The notes beneath the pieces were generated by a model, which worked only from the letters and a program-made list of their open reading frames with translations, was not told the DNA's origin and ran no database searches. From the NCBI GenBank assembly GCA_963663475.2, contig CAXXJV010000001.1, forward strand, positions 2,688,001-2,752,000: a stretch of 64,000 nt of DNA, given 5' to 3'. The DNA comes from Candidatus Cloacimonadales bacterium. Its GTDB lineage: Bacteria; Cloacimonadota; Cloacimonadia; Cloacimonadales; JAFGVF01. The stretch's first letter is position 1. Every line of letters begins with the position of its first letter. The position numbers were made by a program, and so were the translations under genes. Below are positions 23,495 to 34,317 of this stretch, in pieces.

Positions 23495-23803
23495 ATGCCT
23501 TTTAGAGATGGAAGTGGACCTAATGGTGATGGACCAATGACAGGTCGAAGAATGGGAAACTGCAATGCCAATCTAGATCAGAATGATGCCTACGGCTTCA
23601 GAGGAAGAGGATTTGGTAGAGGCTGTGGAAATGGAAGAAGAAACGGCGGTAGGGGTTTAGGTTACCGCCGAGGAAATGGATTTGAAAACTTTGAAGACAG
23701 TCCCGCTTCATATAACAAATCCTATTTAGAAAGTATAGTAAATTATCTATCAGACAAGTTAGATACTTATAAAAAAAGACTAACTGAGTTAGATAACAAG
23801 TAA
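23495..23803 (+). CDS. DUF5320-like Gly/Arg-rich protein
   Basis: MP..DGSGP.G.GPMTGR.MG.C. Confidence 0.8.
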   Translation: MPFRDGSGPNGDGPMTGRRMGNCNANLDQNDAYGFRGRGFGRGCGNGRRNGGRGLGYRRGNGFENFEDSPASYNKSYLESIVNYLSDKLDTYKKRLTELDNK

Positions 23804-23886
23804 AATATATAAATCTAGTAAGATGTTTTTAATTATAAAACATCTAAGAGTCAAATAACTTTAGACCCGCAATCGAGGTATTAATT

Positions 23887-24750
23887 ATGTATAGAATTGC
23901 CATAGCAAGTGGGAAGGGAGGAACAGGAAAGACAACTGTTTCCACTAATCTTTCTCACTATTTAGCCCAAAGTCAATCAGTATTATTAGCTGATATGGAC
24001 GTAGAAGAACCTGATTCACATATTTTTGTAAATGGTGAATTATGGCAAGAAAAAAAAGTTTTTAAAGAAGTTCCATACTTACTTGCAGACAAGTGTGTTG
24101 CATGTGGAAAATGTAAGCAGGTATGTGCTTTTAATGCCATTACCATGCTAGGAGATAAGGTTTTATTTTTTAATGAACTATGTCATAGTTGTTATTCTTG
24201 TATTGAATTATGTCCCCAAGAGGCTATTCAAATGAAAGACCAAGTTTTAGGTAAATTTACTGAGATTAAAGATAACAATTTAACTTTCTTAGAATCTAGA
24301 TTAGATATTGGTCAAGAACAAGCTGTCCCCCTAATCAAGCAAGGATTTGCCTATATGGATGAAAATATTCCTTGTGATATTGGAATAATAGACTCACCTC
24401 CAGGTTCATCTTGTCCTGTAGTGGAGACAGTCAAGAATTGTGATTATGTCTTTTTAGTTACAGAGCCTTCTCCCTTTGGACTAAACGATCTTAAAATAGC
24501 TGTAGAAACAGTCAAATTACTTAAGAAGGATTTCTCTATAATCATCAATAAAGATGATGGAGAGGAGAATCTAATTAGAGATTTTTGTCGGAAAGAAAAC
24601 CTAGAATTACTTGCAGCCATACCAGAAAAGCAATCTATTGCTGAACTTTACTCAAGTGGTGCTTTGATTTATCAAGAAGACCAAGATTTCTTGAATGAGA
24701 TTAAGAAAATTGAAGATAAAATTATCAGTCTAACAAGGGGGAGAAAGTGA
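23887..24750 (+). CDS. MinD-superfamily P-loop ATPase with inserted 4Fe-4S ferredoxin
   Basis: SGKGGTGKTT, D.DVEEP, CxxCxxCxxxC twice, DSPPG. Confidence 0.9.
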   Translation: MYRIAIASGKGGTGKTTVSTNLSHYLAQSQSVLLADMDVEEPDSHIFVNGELWQEKKVFKEVPYLLADKCVACGKCKQVCAFNAITMLGDKVLFFNELCHSCYSCIELCPQEAIQMKDQVLGKFTEIKDNNLTFLESRLDIGQEQAVPLIKQGFAYMDENIPCDIGIIDSPPGSSCPVVETVKNCDYVFLVTEPSPFGLNDLKIAVETVKLLKKDFSIIINKDDGEENLIRDFCRKENLELLAAIPEKQSIAELYSSGALIYQEDQDFLNEIKKIEDKIISLTRGRK

Positions 24751-25625
24751 AGGAAATAGTAGTTATTTCTGGTAAAGGCGGAACAGGTAAAACAACTATT
24801 ACTGCAGCTTTAGCCTATCATTTAAAAGATAGGTGTATTGTAGCAGACTGTGATGTTGATGCAGCAGACATGCATTTAATCTTCTCAAATAGAGCAATTG
24901 AGAAACGCAGGTTTTATAGTGGTAAAGAAGCTGTTATCAATCGAGAATTATGCAAGAATTGTGGTTTATGCCAGGTCAAATGCCGCTTTGATGCCGTAAT
25001 TTCTTTAAGCAATTATAAAAAGATAGATCCCTTAAGTTGTGAAGGCTGTGGATTATGTTCTCATATCTGCCCTCATAATGCCATAAGTATGGTTGATAGG
25101 TTTGTTGGAGATTTTTACATATCAGAAATCAGAACAAATACAAAGATGGTCCATGCTAAATTATTACCTGGTGGAGAGAACTCAGGCAAACTAGTAGCAG
25201 AAGTTAAAAAAGAATCTAAGCTACAAGCAGAGAAAGATAAGAAAGATTTTATTATTGTTGATGGTTCACCTGGTATAGGCTGTCCTGTCATATCCTCCTT
25301 AAGCGGAGCAGATATGGCCCTCCTAGTCACTGAACCAACCATGTCAGCCCTTCATGACTTAAAAAGAGTTGTGGAACTCTTACAGAAGTTTCAGATTCCA
25401 GCTGCTTGTATAATCAATAAGGCTGATTTAAATAAAGATATTTCGCGGGATATTAAAGACTTTTTACAAGAAAATTCTATTAACCTATTAACTGAATTTG
25501 CTTATAGTAAAAACTTTATCCACGCAGTTAAGAGTGGGCAAGCCATTAATGAATATGATCCTTACTACACCAAAGATCAAATTTCTATGGTTTGGAATAA
25601 ATTAGAAGAACTAGTAAATAAATAA
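24747..25625 (+). CDS. MinD-superfamily P-loop ATPase with inserted 4Fe-4S ferredoxin (paralogue)
   Basis: SGKGGTGKT, DCDVDAAD, ferredoxin motifs, DGSPGIGCPVI. Confidence 0.9.
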   Translation: MKEIVVISGKGGTGKTTITAALAYHLKDRCIVADCDVDAADMHLIFSNRAIEKRRFYSGKEAVINRELCKNCGLCQVKCRFDAVISLSNYKKIDPLSCEGCGLCSHICPHNAISMVDRFVGDFYISEIRTNTKMVHAKLLPGGENSGKLVAEVKKESKLQAEKDKKDFIIVDGSPGIGCPVISSLSGADMALLVTEPTMSALHDLKRVVELLQKFQIPAACIINKADLNKDISRDIKDFLQENSINLLTEFAYSKNFIHAVKSGQAINEYDPYYTKDQISMVWNKLEELVNK

Positions 25626-25648
25626 ATAAATAAATATTGGAGATAAAT

Positions 25649-25993
25649 ATGAAAATTGCAGTAAGTACAAAGGGTAAAGACAAAGAAGCTATGTTAGAAG
25701 CTCGTTTTGGTAGAGCAGACTTTTTTGTAATTTATGATACAGAAACAGAAGAATATTCTTATATTGATAATCAAGAGATTCAACAAGCAGCTCATGGTGC
25801 AGGACCTCAAACTTCCCAAAAGGTATTTGATGCTGGAGTTAATGTTGTTCTTACAGGAAATGGTCCTGGAAAAAATGCCTTCCAAGTTTTAGAAGCTGGA
25901 AATATTAAAATGTACCTATGTAAAGAAGATATTTCAGCCCAAGAAGCTGTACAAAAATATCTTAATAATGAATTAGAAGAATTTCAAAATTAA
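25649..25993 (+). CDS. NifB/NifX-family FeMo-cluster-binding domain protein
   Basis: MKIAV...RFGRA..F...HGAG...TGN.G. Confidence 0.85.
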   Translation: MKIAVSTKGKDKEAMLEARFGRADFFVIYDTETEEYSYIDNQEIQQAAHGAGPQTSQKVFDAGVNVVLTGNGPGKNAFQVLEAGNIKMYLCKEDISAQEAVQKYLNNELEEFQN

Positions 25994-26118
25994 ACAAAAT
26001 GGTGCAGTAGAACTTTGATAATACTTCGCTAAAGTTACGCATCACAGGTAAAAAGTGCTAGATTCTTTTAGCAAAATAAGATTCTGTTATTCGCGAAGGT
26101 CTACTGCATTATTTGGGT
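25994..26118 (+). mobile_element. MITE copy 1 (internally rearranged, 125 bp)
   Basis: terminal IRs shared with other copies; flanking TAA/TAA. Confidence 0.75.
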
Positions 26119-26148
26119 TAAAATACATTAATTAAATTAGGAGAAAAT

Positions 26149-26487
26149 ATGAAATTAATCGTAGCATTACCAACAGAAAACAAACAGATATGTGCCCATT
26201 TTGGTCACTGTGAAGAATTTGCTTTCGTAACTACTGAAGATGGAAAAATTACAAATATCGAATGGGTAACTCCACCACAACATGTGCCTGGCCTTTATCC
26301 TAAATTTGTAGCTGAAAAAGGTGCAAACATTGTTATCGCTGGTGGGATGGGTAACAAAGCACAAGAACTTTTTAAAGAAAATAATGTAGATGTTTATTAT
26401 GGAGTTGAAACAGATAGTCCTGAAAACATTGTTAATACATATCTTAAAGGTGAGCTCGTAGCTGGTAAAAACCTCTGCGACCACTAA
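26149..26487 (+). CDS. NifB/NifX-family protein
   Basis: HFGHCE.F, GGMG.KA, C-terminal CDH. Confidence 0.85.
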   Translation: MKLIVALPTENKQICAHFGHCEEFAFVTTEDGKITNIEWVTPPQHVPGLYPKFVAEKGANIVIAGGMGNKAQELFKENNVDVYYGVETDSPENIVNTYLKGELVAGKNLCDH

Positions 26488-26506
26488 ACTTAATACTCTC
26501 CAATCC

Positions 26507-26542
26507 AAAAGCGGGTGCAAAAAAAACACCCGCTTATTTTTA
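26507..26542. terminator. intrinsic terminator between convergent genes
   Basis: AAGCGGGTG / CACCCGCTT stem with T-rich tail. Confidence 0.7.
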
Positions 26543-26550
26543 CTTATAAG

Positions 26551-27054
26551 TTACATCTTATAAAACTCTGTCTTTCCTGAAGGATAGATTAATTCAACAG
26601 TTTCTCCATGAAATTTAGCTACTACTTTACTCTCTCCGTCTTTTTCTAATATCCATTCTTGGTCTTGGGAATTAAAGACAAAACTCATATAGTCTCCTAT
26701 ATTCTCTCCATCAAGAGCAACTAAGTCAAATCTATTCTGACTAGCAGTAAGTTCATATCTGCCCTCTTTAGTAGTAATAATCCGAGAATCAATTTCACCA
26801 ATTTTCATTGTTAAAGGATTATCACCTGTCCAAAACTCAACTAGATTGAAGAATGCAGCATCAATTAATGGAGCAGTCATATAAATAGGAATGATTACCA
26901 TACCCCAGCCAACTGCAGATTGGATATACTTATCACCTACTGTACCATTCCAATTATAGATCTTTCTGGTTAGATTAAAATTACCATAACATCCTGATAA
27001 GAGAATTGTTACCAAAAGTAATGATAATATGATAGACTTTCTTAAACTTTTCAT
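26551..27054 (-). CDS. DUF3332-like lipoprotein
   Basis: LSGCYGNF.LT.K.Y.WN...D...FN..EFWTG.NP. Confidence 0.75.
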   Translation of the reverse strand: MKSLRKSIILSLLLVTILLSGCYGNFNLTRKIYNWNGTVGDKYIQSAVGWGMVIIPIYMTAPLIDAAFFNLVEFWTGDNPLTMKIGEIDSRIITTKEGRYELTASQNRFDLVALDGENIGDYMSFVFNSQDQEWILEKDGESKVVAKFHGETVELIYPSGKTEFYKM

Positions 27055-27280
27055 TATTTCTCCTTTTATTAGTTAATTATTATATAAAATGATTTTTTTT
27101 TAGTAAATTGCAAATTATATTTTGTGAATGAAGACGTCTCATTTGGATCTAGCACTTAGGGTTGCTAATCAGAGAAGAGTCTTCCCTATAACTCTATCAC
27201 TCTTTGTATTTATTTAATAATTTACTTGACTTATCCTCACCATATTTTTTTATTTTAAAAAAGACTAAAGGGAGTTATGA

Positions 27281-28408
27281 ATGATGAAGAAAAATCTCAA
27301 TATTTGCATAATAGCTATGTTTTTATTATTATTGATAGGCTGTCAGAATGAGGGGACTAAGGGAGAAAATACTAGTAATAATGATGAAGCAGTAAATCAG
27401 ATAGAAACTACTAATTTTAGTGAAGCTTATCGTCCAGATTGGTGGAATAATTTAAATGATACTAACAAATTATTTTCTTATGCTTATGCAGACGGTCCTG
27501 ATGAGGCAAGTGCTAAAGCTTCTGCTGAAAAATCAGCTCAAGCAAAACTACTCCATTATAAAAAGGACTATGTGGTTAATTTAACAGCTATGATTCTCAA
27601 AGAAAGTGATTCTCAAGGAAAATTTAAATCAAACCAACTAAATGCTAAAAATCAAAGGATTTTTGAAGGTGATTATTCTCCATATCTACAAGCTGAGAAA
27701 GCAGATTTTATTCCTAAAAATAATGAAATAAGAGCCTTTGTTGCCCTTAGTTTACCACTGGAAAAAATTCAAGCTGAATATGTAAGACTTTTCCATAAAG
27801 ATAAATCATATGCCAAAACATTTATTCATTCTCAAACTTATAGATATCTTCTTCAACAAGCAGGTATTGACTTCAAGTATAATGAGGGAAATATAGCTAA
27901 AAGAGAATTAAAAAAAGATGTAAAAAAAGAGATTAAGAAAGAGACACCAAGTGTTAAATATGACCAAGATATAATGCCTGCCTGGTTCAAAATAAGTTAT
28001 AACACTAATAAAGTTATGGTTAATCAAATCGCTGAGGCTTCAAGCCAAGAAGAATCATTAAAGAAAGCTATGCAAAAATGCCTAAGTAACAAGCTAAATA
28101 TTGCTAACAACTACGCCAGAACAGAAGCTGAAAAATACCGAGGACTGTCTGAGTATGATGAAGTAAAATTCGCTAAATTTAAAAATCAAATATCAGCTGA
28201 AATTATGAAACAGGACTATCCTCTTACTAAAGAGTTTGCTAAAACTATCCATATTGGACAAGATAAATACAAAAGCTATGTTCAGTATTCAATAAATAAA
28301 AAATCTATTCAGAACACTTTGCTAAAAGTTCTTAAAAGTGATGAAGTCCTCTATTCAAGATTAAGAGCAAGTATGGCTTTTGATGAATTAGAAAATGAGG
28401 AATTCTAA
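27281..28408 (+). CDS. lipoprotein with two LPP20-like repeats
   Basis: lipobox LIGC; duplicated P.W segments. Confidence 0.6.
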   Translation: MMKKNLNICIIAMFLLLLIGCQNEGTKGENTSNNDEAVNQIETTNFSEAYRPDWWNNLNDTNKLFSYAYADGPDEASAKASAEKSAQAKLLHYKKDYVVNLTAMILKESDSQGKFKSNQLNAKNQRIFEGDYSPYLQAEKADFIPKNNEIRAFVALSLPLEKIQAEYVRLFHKDKSYAKTFIHSQTYRYLLQQAGIDFKYNEGNIAKRELKKDVKKEIKKETPSVKYDQDIMPAWFKISYNTNKVMVNQIAEASSQEESLKKAMQKCLSNKLNIANNYARTEAEKYRGLSEYDEVKFAKFKNQISAEIMKQDYPLTKEFAKTIHIGQDKYKSYVQYSINKKSIQNTLLKVLKSDEVLYSRLRASMAFDELENEEF

Positions 28409-28429
28409 TAACAAGAAGGAATAAACTTA

Positions 28430-30436
28430 ATGAATGTAATAAAAGTACTTTCCGAAAACGTAACTAATCGGATAGCTGCAGGTGAAGTAATTGAAAGACC
28501 AGTCTCTGTAGTTAAAGAACTGGTTGAGAATTCTCTAGATGCTGGTGCTAAATCAATCTATATTAAAATAGAAAGAGGTGGAAAAGACCTAATACAAGTG
28601 ACTGATGATGGTAAAGGAATGTCTAGTGATGACGCTCTTCTATGCCTAGAAAGACATGCCACAAGTAAGATTAGGAATGTAGATGATATAGTCCATATCT
28701 CAAGTCTAGGTTTCCGAGGAGAAGCTATTCCCTCTATTGCCTCTATTAGCCATTTCAACCTGATTACTAAAGATGAAGAATCAGATGTTGCTGTAGATAT
28801 CTTTGTAGATGGTGGAAAGCTTAAAGATGTAAGAAAAACTGCTGCAAACACAGGTACGACTATCACAGTAAAAAAAATATTCTTCAATGTACCAGCCAGA
28901 AGAAAGTTCTTAAAAAGCGATATTGTTGAATTTAAACACATCTTAAACTACGTTCATTATCAGTCTATACTCTACCCAAACGTTTCCTTTATACTAATCT
29001 CTAATGATAGGGAGAAGCTCAACTATCCAGCTGTTTCTAATTATATAAGAAGGATTAAAGAAGTCTTTGGTAAATCCTTCCAAGAACAAGAATTTGTTGA
29101 ACTAGAATACCAATCTAGCCAGCTCTCTATTAAGGGATATATTGCTGGACTTGAAGAATATCATAAGGGTTTTGAACGCTATAAATATCTCTTTATTAAT
29201 GGACGCTATATAAATGATAAAGTTGTTATCAAAGCTTTAAAGACTGCCTATCAACCATTTATTGCTAAAGAAAGATATATGCAACAAGGAGTCTTACCCC
29301 CCTATATTCTCTTCATCGAAATAGATCCAGAACTAATTGATATCAATGTACATCCAGCAAAAAGAGAAGTTCGTTTTAGAAATACCCATCTAGTTTATAA
29401 CGCTGTTAAAGAATCTATAACTAACAGACTTAATAAGATCCAAGATGAGAAATTCAAATCTATTAGAAATCAATTTGGTGAAGGTTTTGCTAGATCAAAT
29501 AGGGAATATATTGAGCATAATGCTCAATCTACTAGTAGATTTCAAACAGACAATACTATTCAAAGTCCTAGAACAGACTCCCCTATTCCCCATTCTAATA
29601 CAGATGAGAATACTCTTCATAAGCATTCTTTTGCTAATCATAATCAAGAGGTAAAGTCTTCTCCTGCCAATAATTTTGCCTACCAAAAACCAGAACAAGT
29701 TCGCTTTTCTAGCTATAAAAAAGAATTTAGTGAAATTGTTCAACCAAGTATTTTTGACCAGAATAATGACACTGATGAAGCTGATATTTCTCCTGAAGAA
29801 GCAGTAAATAATAAGCACAATACTAGAATTGACCTTCCAGTAATAAGTGAAATTGAAGCAGTCAAACCCTGGCAATTCCAAGATACTTTTATCTTTATTC
29901 AGGTAGGAGATGGTTTAATGGTTATTGATCAGCATGCTGCCCATGAAAGAATCTTATACGAAAAACTTATTGCGCGAATGAAAGGAGTGGAAGCAGAAGT
30001 TCAAAAACTCCTCTTCCCTATTGTCATTGATCTTCCTAATTATATATCTGAAAGTCTAAAAGAACTTATTGAAGAAAATATTGAAGACTTTCATAATATT
30101 GGTTTCTCGATAAAAACATTCAGCGGTAACTCAATAGTAATTGATGAAATACCAGTTGAACTAGAAGAATGGAGTGGAGGAGATATTTTCTTAGAAATTC
30201 TCCAAACCCTTGAACAGGAGTTTGAAGAAACAGAAGATTTCCGAGATAGTATAGCAAAGTCTGTTTCCTGTAAGGCTGCTATTAAAGCTGGAAAAGCTCT
30301 TACTCCAAGAGAAATGATAAAACTAATTAGTGATTTGTTTGGCTGTAAAGTACCATATTACTGTCCTCATGGACGTCCTTTGATTATTAACTATTCTCTA
30401 GAAGATTTTAAAAAGAAATTTAAAAGAATTATCTGA
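28430..30436 (+). CDS. mutL: DNA mismatch repair protein MutL
   Basis: IAAGEVIERP.SVVKELVENSLDAGA, GFRGEA, DQHAAHER, SCK.AIKAG, CPHGRP. Confidence 0.97.
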   Translation: MNVIKVLSENVTNRIAAGEVIERPVSVVKELVENSLDAGAKSIYIKIERGGKDLIQVTDDGKGMSSDDALLCLERHATSKIRNVDDIVHISSLGFRGEAIPSIASISHFNLITKDEESDVAVDIFVDGGKLKDVRKTAANTGTTITVKKIFFNVPARRKFLKSDIVEFKHILNYVHYQSILYPNVSFILISNDREKLNYPAVSNYIRRIKEVFGKSFQEQEFVELEYQSSQLSIKGYIAGLEEYHKGFERYKYLFINGRYINDKVVIKALKTAYQPFIAKERYMQQGVLPPYILFIEIDPELIDINVHPAKREVRFRNTHLVYNAVKESITNRLNKIQDEKFKSIRNQFGEGFARSNREYIEHNAQSTSRFQTDNTIQSPRTDSPIPHSNTDENTLHKHSFANHNQEVKSSPANNFAYQKPEQVRFSSYKKEFSEIVQPSIFDQNNDTDEADISPEEAVNNKHNTRIDLPVISEIEAVKPWQFQDTFIFIQVGDGLMVIDQHAAHERILYEKLIARMKGVEAEVQKLLFPIVIDLPNYISESLKELIEENIEDFHNIGFSIKTFSGNSIVIDEIPVELEEWSGGDIFLEILQTLEQEFEETEDFRDSIAKSVSCKAAIKAGKALTPREMIKLISDLFGCKVPYYCPHGRPLIINYSLEDFKKKFKRII

Positions 30437-31350
30437 TGAAACCAGTTATTATTATTCAAGGCCCTACTGCTGTAGGCAAAAGCTCGCTCGCTTTAGATAT
30501 TGCTCAGAAATTTAAACTTGATATCATCTCTGCTGATTCAAGACAAGTTTATAAATACATGGACTTAGCAACTGCAAAACCGACCAAAGAAGAACAAGCT
30601 TTAGTTAAACATCATTTAATTGATATTATTAATCCTGATGAAACTTATAATGCTGGACTCTTTGCCCGTCAGGCAAGTCATCTGGTTGATGAAACAGACC
30701 TAAATTTTCCCATAATATGTGGTGGAACAGGCTTCTACATCTCCTCTTTCCTAGAGGGACTATGTAAGATACCTGAAATTGATGATAGTATAAGACATGC
30801 CTTAATTCAAGAATGGGAGATTAAAGGCAATGAATACATGTACAAGCAAGTCCAAGCCATTGACCCAATAGTTGCAGAAAAGATTTCAGCTAATGATAAA
30901 CAAAGAATTATTAGAGCTTTAGAAGTTTTCTATGCTACTAAGAAAAAATTGAGTACTTACTGGCAAGAACAAGGTTTTATGCAAACAAGAAAAGTTCTAA
31001 ATATCTTAATTCTTGATGAAAGAGAAGCTATCTATGATAGAATTAATAAAAGATATGATACTATGGTCAAATCAGGCTTGCTGGATGAAATAAAATCTTT
31101 AATCGAAATGGGATATAATGAAAAGTCTCCTGGACTAACAGCTGTGGGATATAAAGAACTACTGCCCTATATCTTACATAAGTCTGACTTAGCTGATTGT
31201 ATCAACTTAGCCAAGCAACATTCCCGTAATTATGCTAAAAGACAGCTTACCTGGTACAAAAGAAATAATTTTAATCTTGTTTTTTATAGAAAATCGATTA
31301 AATATAGTAGTATAGATAATTTTATAAAAAGATTTATCGATAATTATTAA
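30436..31350 (+). CDS. miaA: tRNA dimethylallyltransferase
   Basis: GPTAVGKS, DSRQVY, GGTGFY, YAKRQLTW; follows mutL. Confidence 0.96.
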   Translation: MKPVIIIQGPTAVGKSSLALDIAQKFKLDIISADSRQVYKYMDLATAKPTKEEQALVKHHLIDIINPDETYNAGLFARQASHLVDETDLNFPIICGGTGFYISSFLEGLCKIPEIDDSIRHALIQEWEIKGNEYMYKQVQAIDPIVAEKISANDKQRIIRALEVFYATKKKLSTYWQEQGFMQTRKVLNILILDEREAIYDRINKRYDTMVKSGLLDEIKSLIEMGYNEKSPGLTAVGYKELLPYILHKSDLADCINLAKQHSRNYAKRQLTWYKRNNFNLVFYRKSIKYSSIDNFIKRFIDNY

Positions 31351-31366
31351 ATATCGGAGATTATTA

Positions 31367-32212
31367 ATGGATATTATTGCAAATGTTTATGATTTTAATA
31401 TTACACAAGAAGATTTTGAATGTGCGAAAGTACATCTTATAGACTGTCAATGCCCTGACAATGCAAGCGATAAAAAAACAATTGATTATTTGATTGATAG
31501 ATATTTGTTACTTAACCAAGCCCAGAAATTTGGGGTTGAAGTAACTGATGATGAGTGGAATGATAAGTTGTTTGATACTGCTCAAGGATTTGATTCAAGA
31601 GAGCATTATTTAGAATTCCTAGAAAATCATAAGCTTACTAGAGTACGCTACGAAGATTTCCTTAAAGAAACAATCCAAATAACTAAGTTCCTCGATAAAT
31701 TCAATGGCTTCATTAAAGAAAGAGTAGCTAAGGATATATCTTCCTTTGCAAATAGTAATTCTGACCTATTCTCTTGTTGCCCTCAAGCCCATGTGTATAA
31801 TATTCTTTTGCAAGGCGTTACTGATGAAAATTTTAAAAAACTAATGAAGATTAGAAAAGATATTGAGACCTTGGAAGATTTTAAAAAGATGGCAGATACA
31901 TATTCAGAATGCCCAGCTGGTGTTAAATGTGGTGATATGGGCTTTGTTTCAGCTGATACCTTCATTGAAGAGTTGGATGATGTTATTTTCTCTCTTCCTC
32001 TTAACGAAGTAAGTTTACCTGTAAAATCTAAGTTTGGTTACCACTTGATTCTAGTTACCGAAAGAAGTGAAAGTAATAAACTCAGTAACGATGAAAAGAA
32101 AGATATGATGCTTAATTGTTTAATTGAAAATAAATCTGAGCTTTATCTACATTCCTATGTTGAAGAATTAAGAAAAGAAGCAGAAGAAAAGGGCAAGTTA
32201 AACATTTTCTAA
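31367..32212 (+). CDS. parvulin/SurA-type peptidyl-prolyl isomerase
   Basis: A..YSECP.G..CGDMG, S.PVKS.FGYHLI. Confidence 0.8.
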   Translation: MDIIANVYDFNITQEDFECAKVHLIDCQCPDNASDKKTIDYLIDRYLLLNQAQKFGVEVTDDEWNDKLFDTAQGFDSREHYLEFLENHKLTRVRYEDFLKETIQITKFLDKFNGFIKERVAKDISSFANSNSDLFSCCPQAHVYNILLQGVTDENFKKLMKIRKDIETLEDFKKMADTYSECPAGVKCGDMGFVSADTFIEELDDVIFSLPLNEVSLPVKSKFGYHLILVTERSESNKLSNDEKKDMMLNCLIENKSELYLHSYVEELRKEAEEKGKLNIF

Positions 32213-32493
32213 GTAGTTAACTAAAGATATTTAAATTGTATTGATAAATTTATAGACTCAACTTCAAGTCTGTGCTAAGTTATAAAGTGGAAGCATATTG
32301 CTTCCACTTAAAAGCAATATTACATCAGGACATATACAGTCTCCCTAATTTGAAACTAACCCATAATTAAACAACTTCTGATTCTCAAATTGTTTGGCAA
32401 GAATCTAACAAGGGATTTACACATCTTGTTAATGTATATATCCAACTAAACTTTTGGCCAGATAAGTCTAAATTCTCAAATTAATATTTTTTA

Positions 32494-32657
32494 ACCCGAA
32501 TGGTGCAGTAGAACTTTGATGAAGAGTGCTAGATTCTTTTAGCAAAATAAGTTACAGAATTTGAAGGCATATAATATATATATTCCTGAAAATTATGTAG
32601 CTTACTTTTGCAAAAGAAGATAGTGCTATTCGCAAAGGTCTACTGCATTATTTGGGT
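32494..32657 (+). mobile_element. MITE copy 2 (164 bp)
   Basis: ACCCGAATGGTGCAGTAGAACTTTG...CAAAGGTCTACTGCATTATTTGGGT; flanks TTA/TTA. Confidence 0.85.
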
Positions 32658-33374
32658 TTAACCTTTACTCATAAAATATTCAATTGTGTATTTAACATCA
32701 GGATCTAAGTCAGTTAGCTTATTTAACATCCATTCTAAATAAGCTCTATCTGTCTTGATCACATCTGAAATCATTTGTCCCCTATACTTACCGAATCTGA
32801 GTTTATTCATAAGATTAGGTTTTTGTGTCAGTTCCACAAGTTGTTGAGGACTTCTTCCATCAAGCAACCTCTTGAGTAGTAGAAACAATACAACAATATC
32901 TCCCATAGCATCATGGGCTTTAATTTCAAGATTCAAGAGTTTTTCTATTTCCCCTTCCTCTTTATACAAGCCTCTATGATATCTTAAAAACTGCATAGCA
33001 TGTGACTCCAGATTAGGAGCTAAATGTTTTGTAACTTTTAGGGTATCAATTAATTTCATTTTATTAACGAATCCTTCCTTAGCTAACATAGCAAGGTCGA
33101 AAGGTGCATTGTGAATGACAAGATAATTATCTTCAGTATTCAGTTCTTCTAAGAATTTATATACTTCTGTATCAACTAACCTAGGTTTTCCTGCAATCAT
33201 TTCTGGTGTAATATGATGTACCGCCATAGCAGAAAAACTTATAGGCTGGTCACAAGAGCAAAATGTTTCAAATGGTTCTAGATTCATACCATCAAAAACA
33301 ATATAAGCTAATTGAATTATTCTATCTTGTTGTGCAAATCCAGTTGTTTCAGTATCTAGAATTATAAAACTCAT
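32658..33374 (-). CDS. DEDDh 3'-5' exonuclease (ExoX-like)
   Basis: LDTETTG, HNAPFD, HDA..D, C-terminal FGKYRG....V...D..YL.W. Confidence 0.88.
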   Translation of the reverse strand: MSFIILDTETTGFAQQDRIIQLAYIVFDGMNLEPFETFCSCDQPISFSAMAVHHITPEMIAGKPRLVDTEVYKFLEELNTEDNYLVIHNAPFDLAMLAKEGFVNKMKLIDTLKVTKHLAPNLESHAMQFLRYHRGLYKEEGEIEKLLNLEIKAHDAMGDIVVLFLLLKRLLDGRSPQQLVELTQKPNLMNKLRFGKYRGQMISDVIKTDRAYLEWMLNKLTDLDPDVKYTIEYFMSKG

Positions 33375-33442
33375 TTTTCCAACTCCATTTTTTCTTCTTT
33401 ACCCAAGATAAAAAGCTTGTCAAATTTTGACAAGCTTTATTA

Positions 33443-33605
33443 TCCCAAATAATGAAGTAGACCTTTGTGATTAGCAGAATATTATTCTGCAAAAGTAAGA
33501 TCCATAATTTCTCAGTATATATATATTATATACGTTTAAATTCTGTAAGCTATTATGCTAGAATAATCTGCAATCTTAAATAAAGTTCTACTACACTATC
33601 TGGGA
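33443..33605 (-). mobile_element. MITE copy 3 (inverted, 163 bp)
   Basis: TCCCAAATAATGAAGTAGACCTTTG...AAAGTTCTACTACACTATCTGGGA; flanks TTA/TTA. Confidence 0.8.
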
Positions 33606-33624
33606 TTATTTATAAAAGTTTAAT

Positions 33625-34317
33625 CTAGTTTAGTTTTTGGTAATTATCTCTAGTCATGATTTGAGTAATATACATCTTCTTAAAGACTAAACTAATAATT
33701 ATATTTGTCTCTACTTTATCTGTTTGAAGAAAACCAGAAGGAGAGAGTGAGTAGTAAGTATCAATTTTGAGTTCTTTAACCACCATTTGGTCTGGATCAA
33801 CTTCTAAAGACATTTTTAAAGGTAAGCCTGTTTCTTTATCAAGCCAAACATAACCTTCACTCTCAATTGTTTTGTTGTCTTTCTGACTTGTCTCTCTTAC
33901 TTCATATTTAGCATAAGTCGTACCAGATATTGACTCATCAGCCAGTCTCTTTAGTTGAAATTCTTCTGAAGTCTCAGTCCTAAAGAAACCTAAATCATCG
34001 GAGATAACTTCCATACTTAGATATCTTTTTACAGAGTCATCATCCTCAGATAAGTCTCCCTCACTATTGAAAGCTTTAACAAGAGAGTTGATAATCTCTC
34101 CCTCTTTATTGCTATGAGATAGAATAATCGTTTCTTCCTGATCAATATTTCCTTTCTTATCTTTTGTCTGAGAAATATAAGTTGTCTGACTTGGGTATGT
34201 ATTAAGTGCAGCTCTTTTTAGTTCTACAGCTTTTAACCACAAGGGATCTTTTATTTCAGTTGACCAGATAAGCAGACCACTTACCAGTATTATTCCAATA
34301 AGTATTATTTTTTTCAT
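33625..34317 (-). CDS. exported hypothetical protein (LolA-like fold possible)
   Basis: signal peptide; G.VWLDKETG.P motif. Confidence 0.6.
   Translation of the reverse strand: MKKIILIGIILVSGLLIWSTEIKDPLWLKAVELKRAALNTYPSQTTYISQTKDKKGNIDQEETIILSHSNKEGEIINSLVKAFNSEGDLSEDDDSVKRYLSMEVISDDLGFFRTETSEEFQLKRLADESISGTTYAKYEVRETSQKDNKTIESEGYVWLDKETGLPLKMSLEVDPDQMVVKELKIDTYYSLSPSGFLQTDKVETNIIISLVFKKMYITQIMTRDNYQKLN

Noticed and set aside
23887-26487. Nitrogen fixation cluster
   Set aside because: NifX-like and MinD-ferredoxin genes are common in non-diazotrophic anaerobes; no nifHDK.
32285-32309. Perfect hairpin AAGTGGAAGCA-TAT-TGCTTCCACTT
   Set aside because: Single copy with no T-tail; cannot distinguish terminator from repeat remnant.
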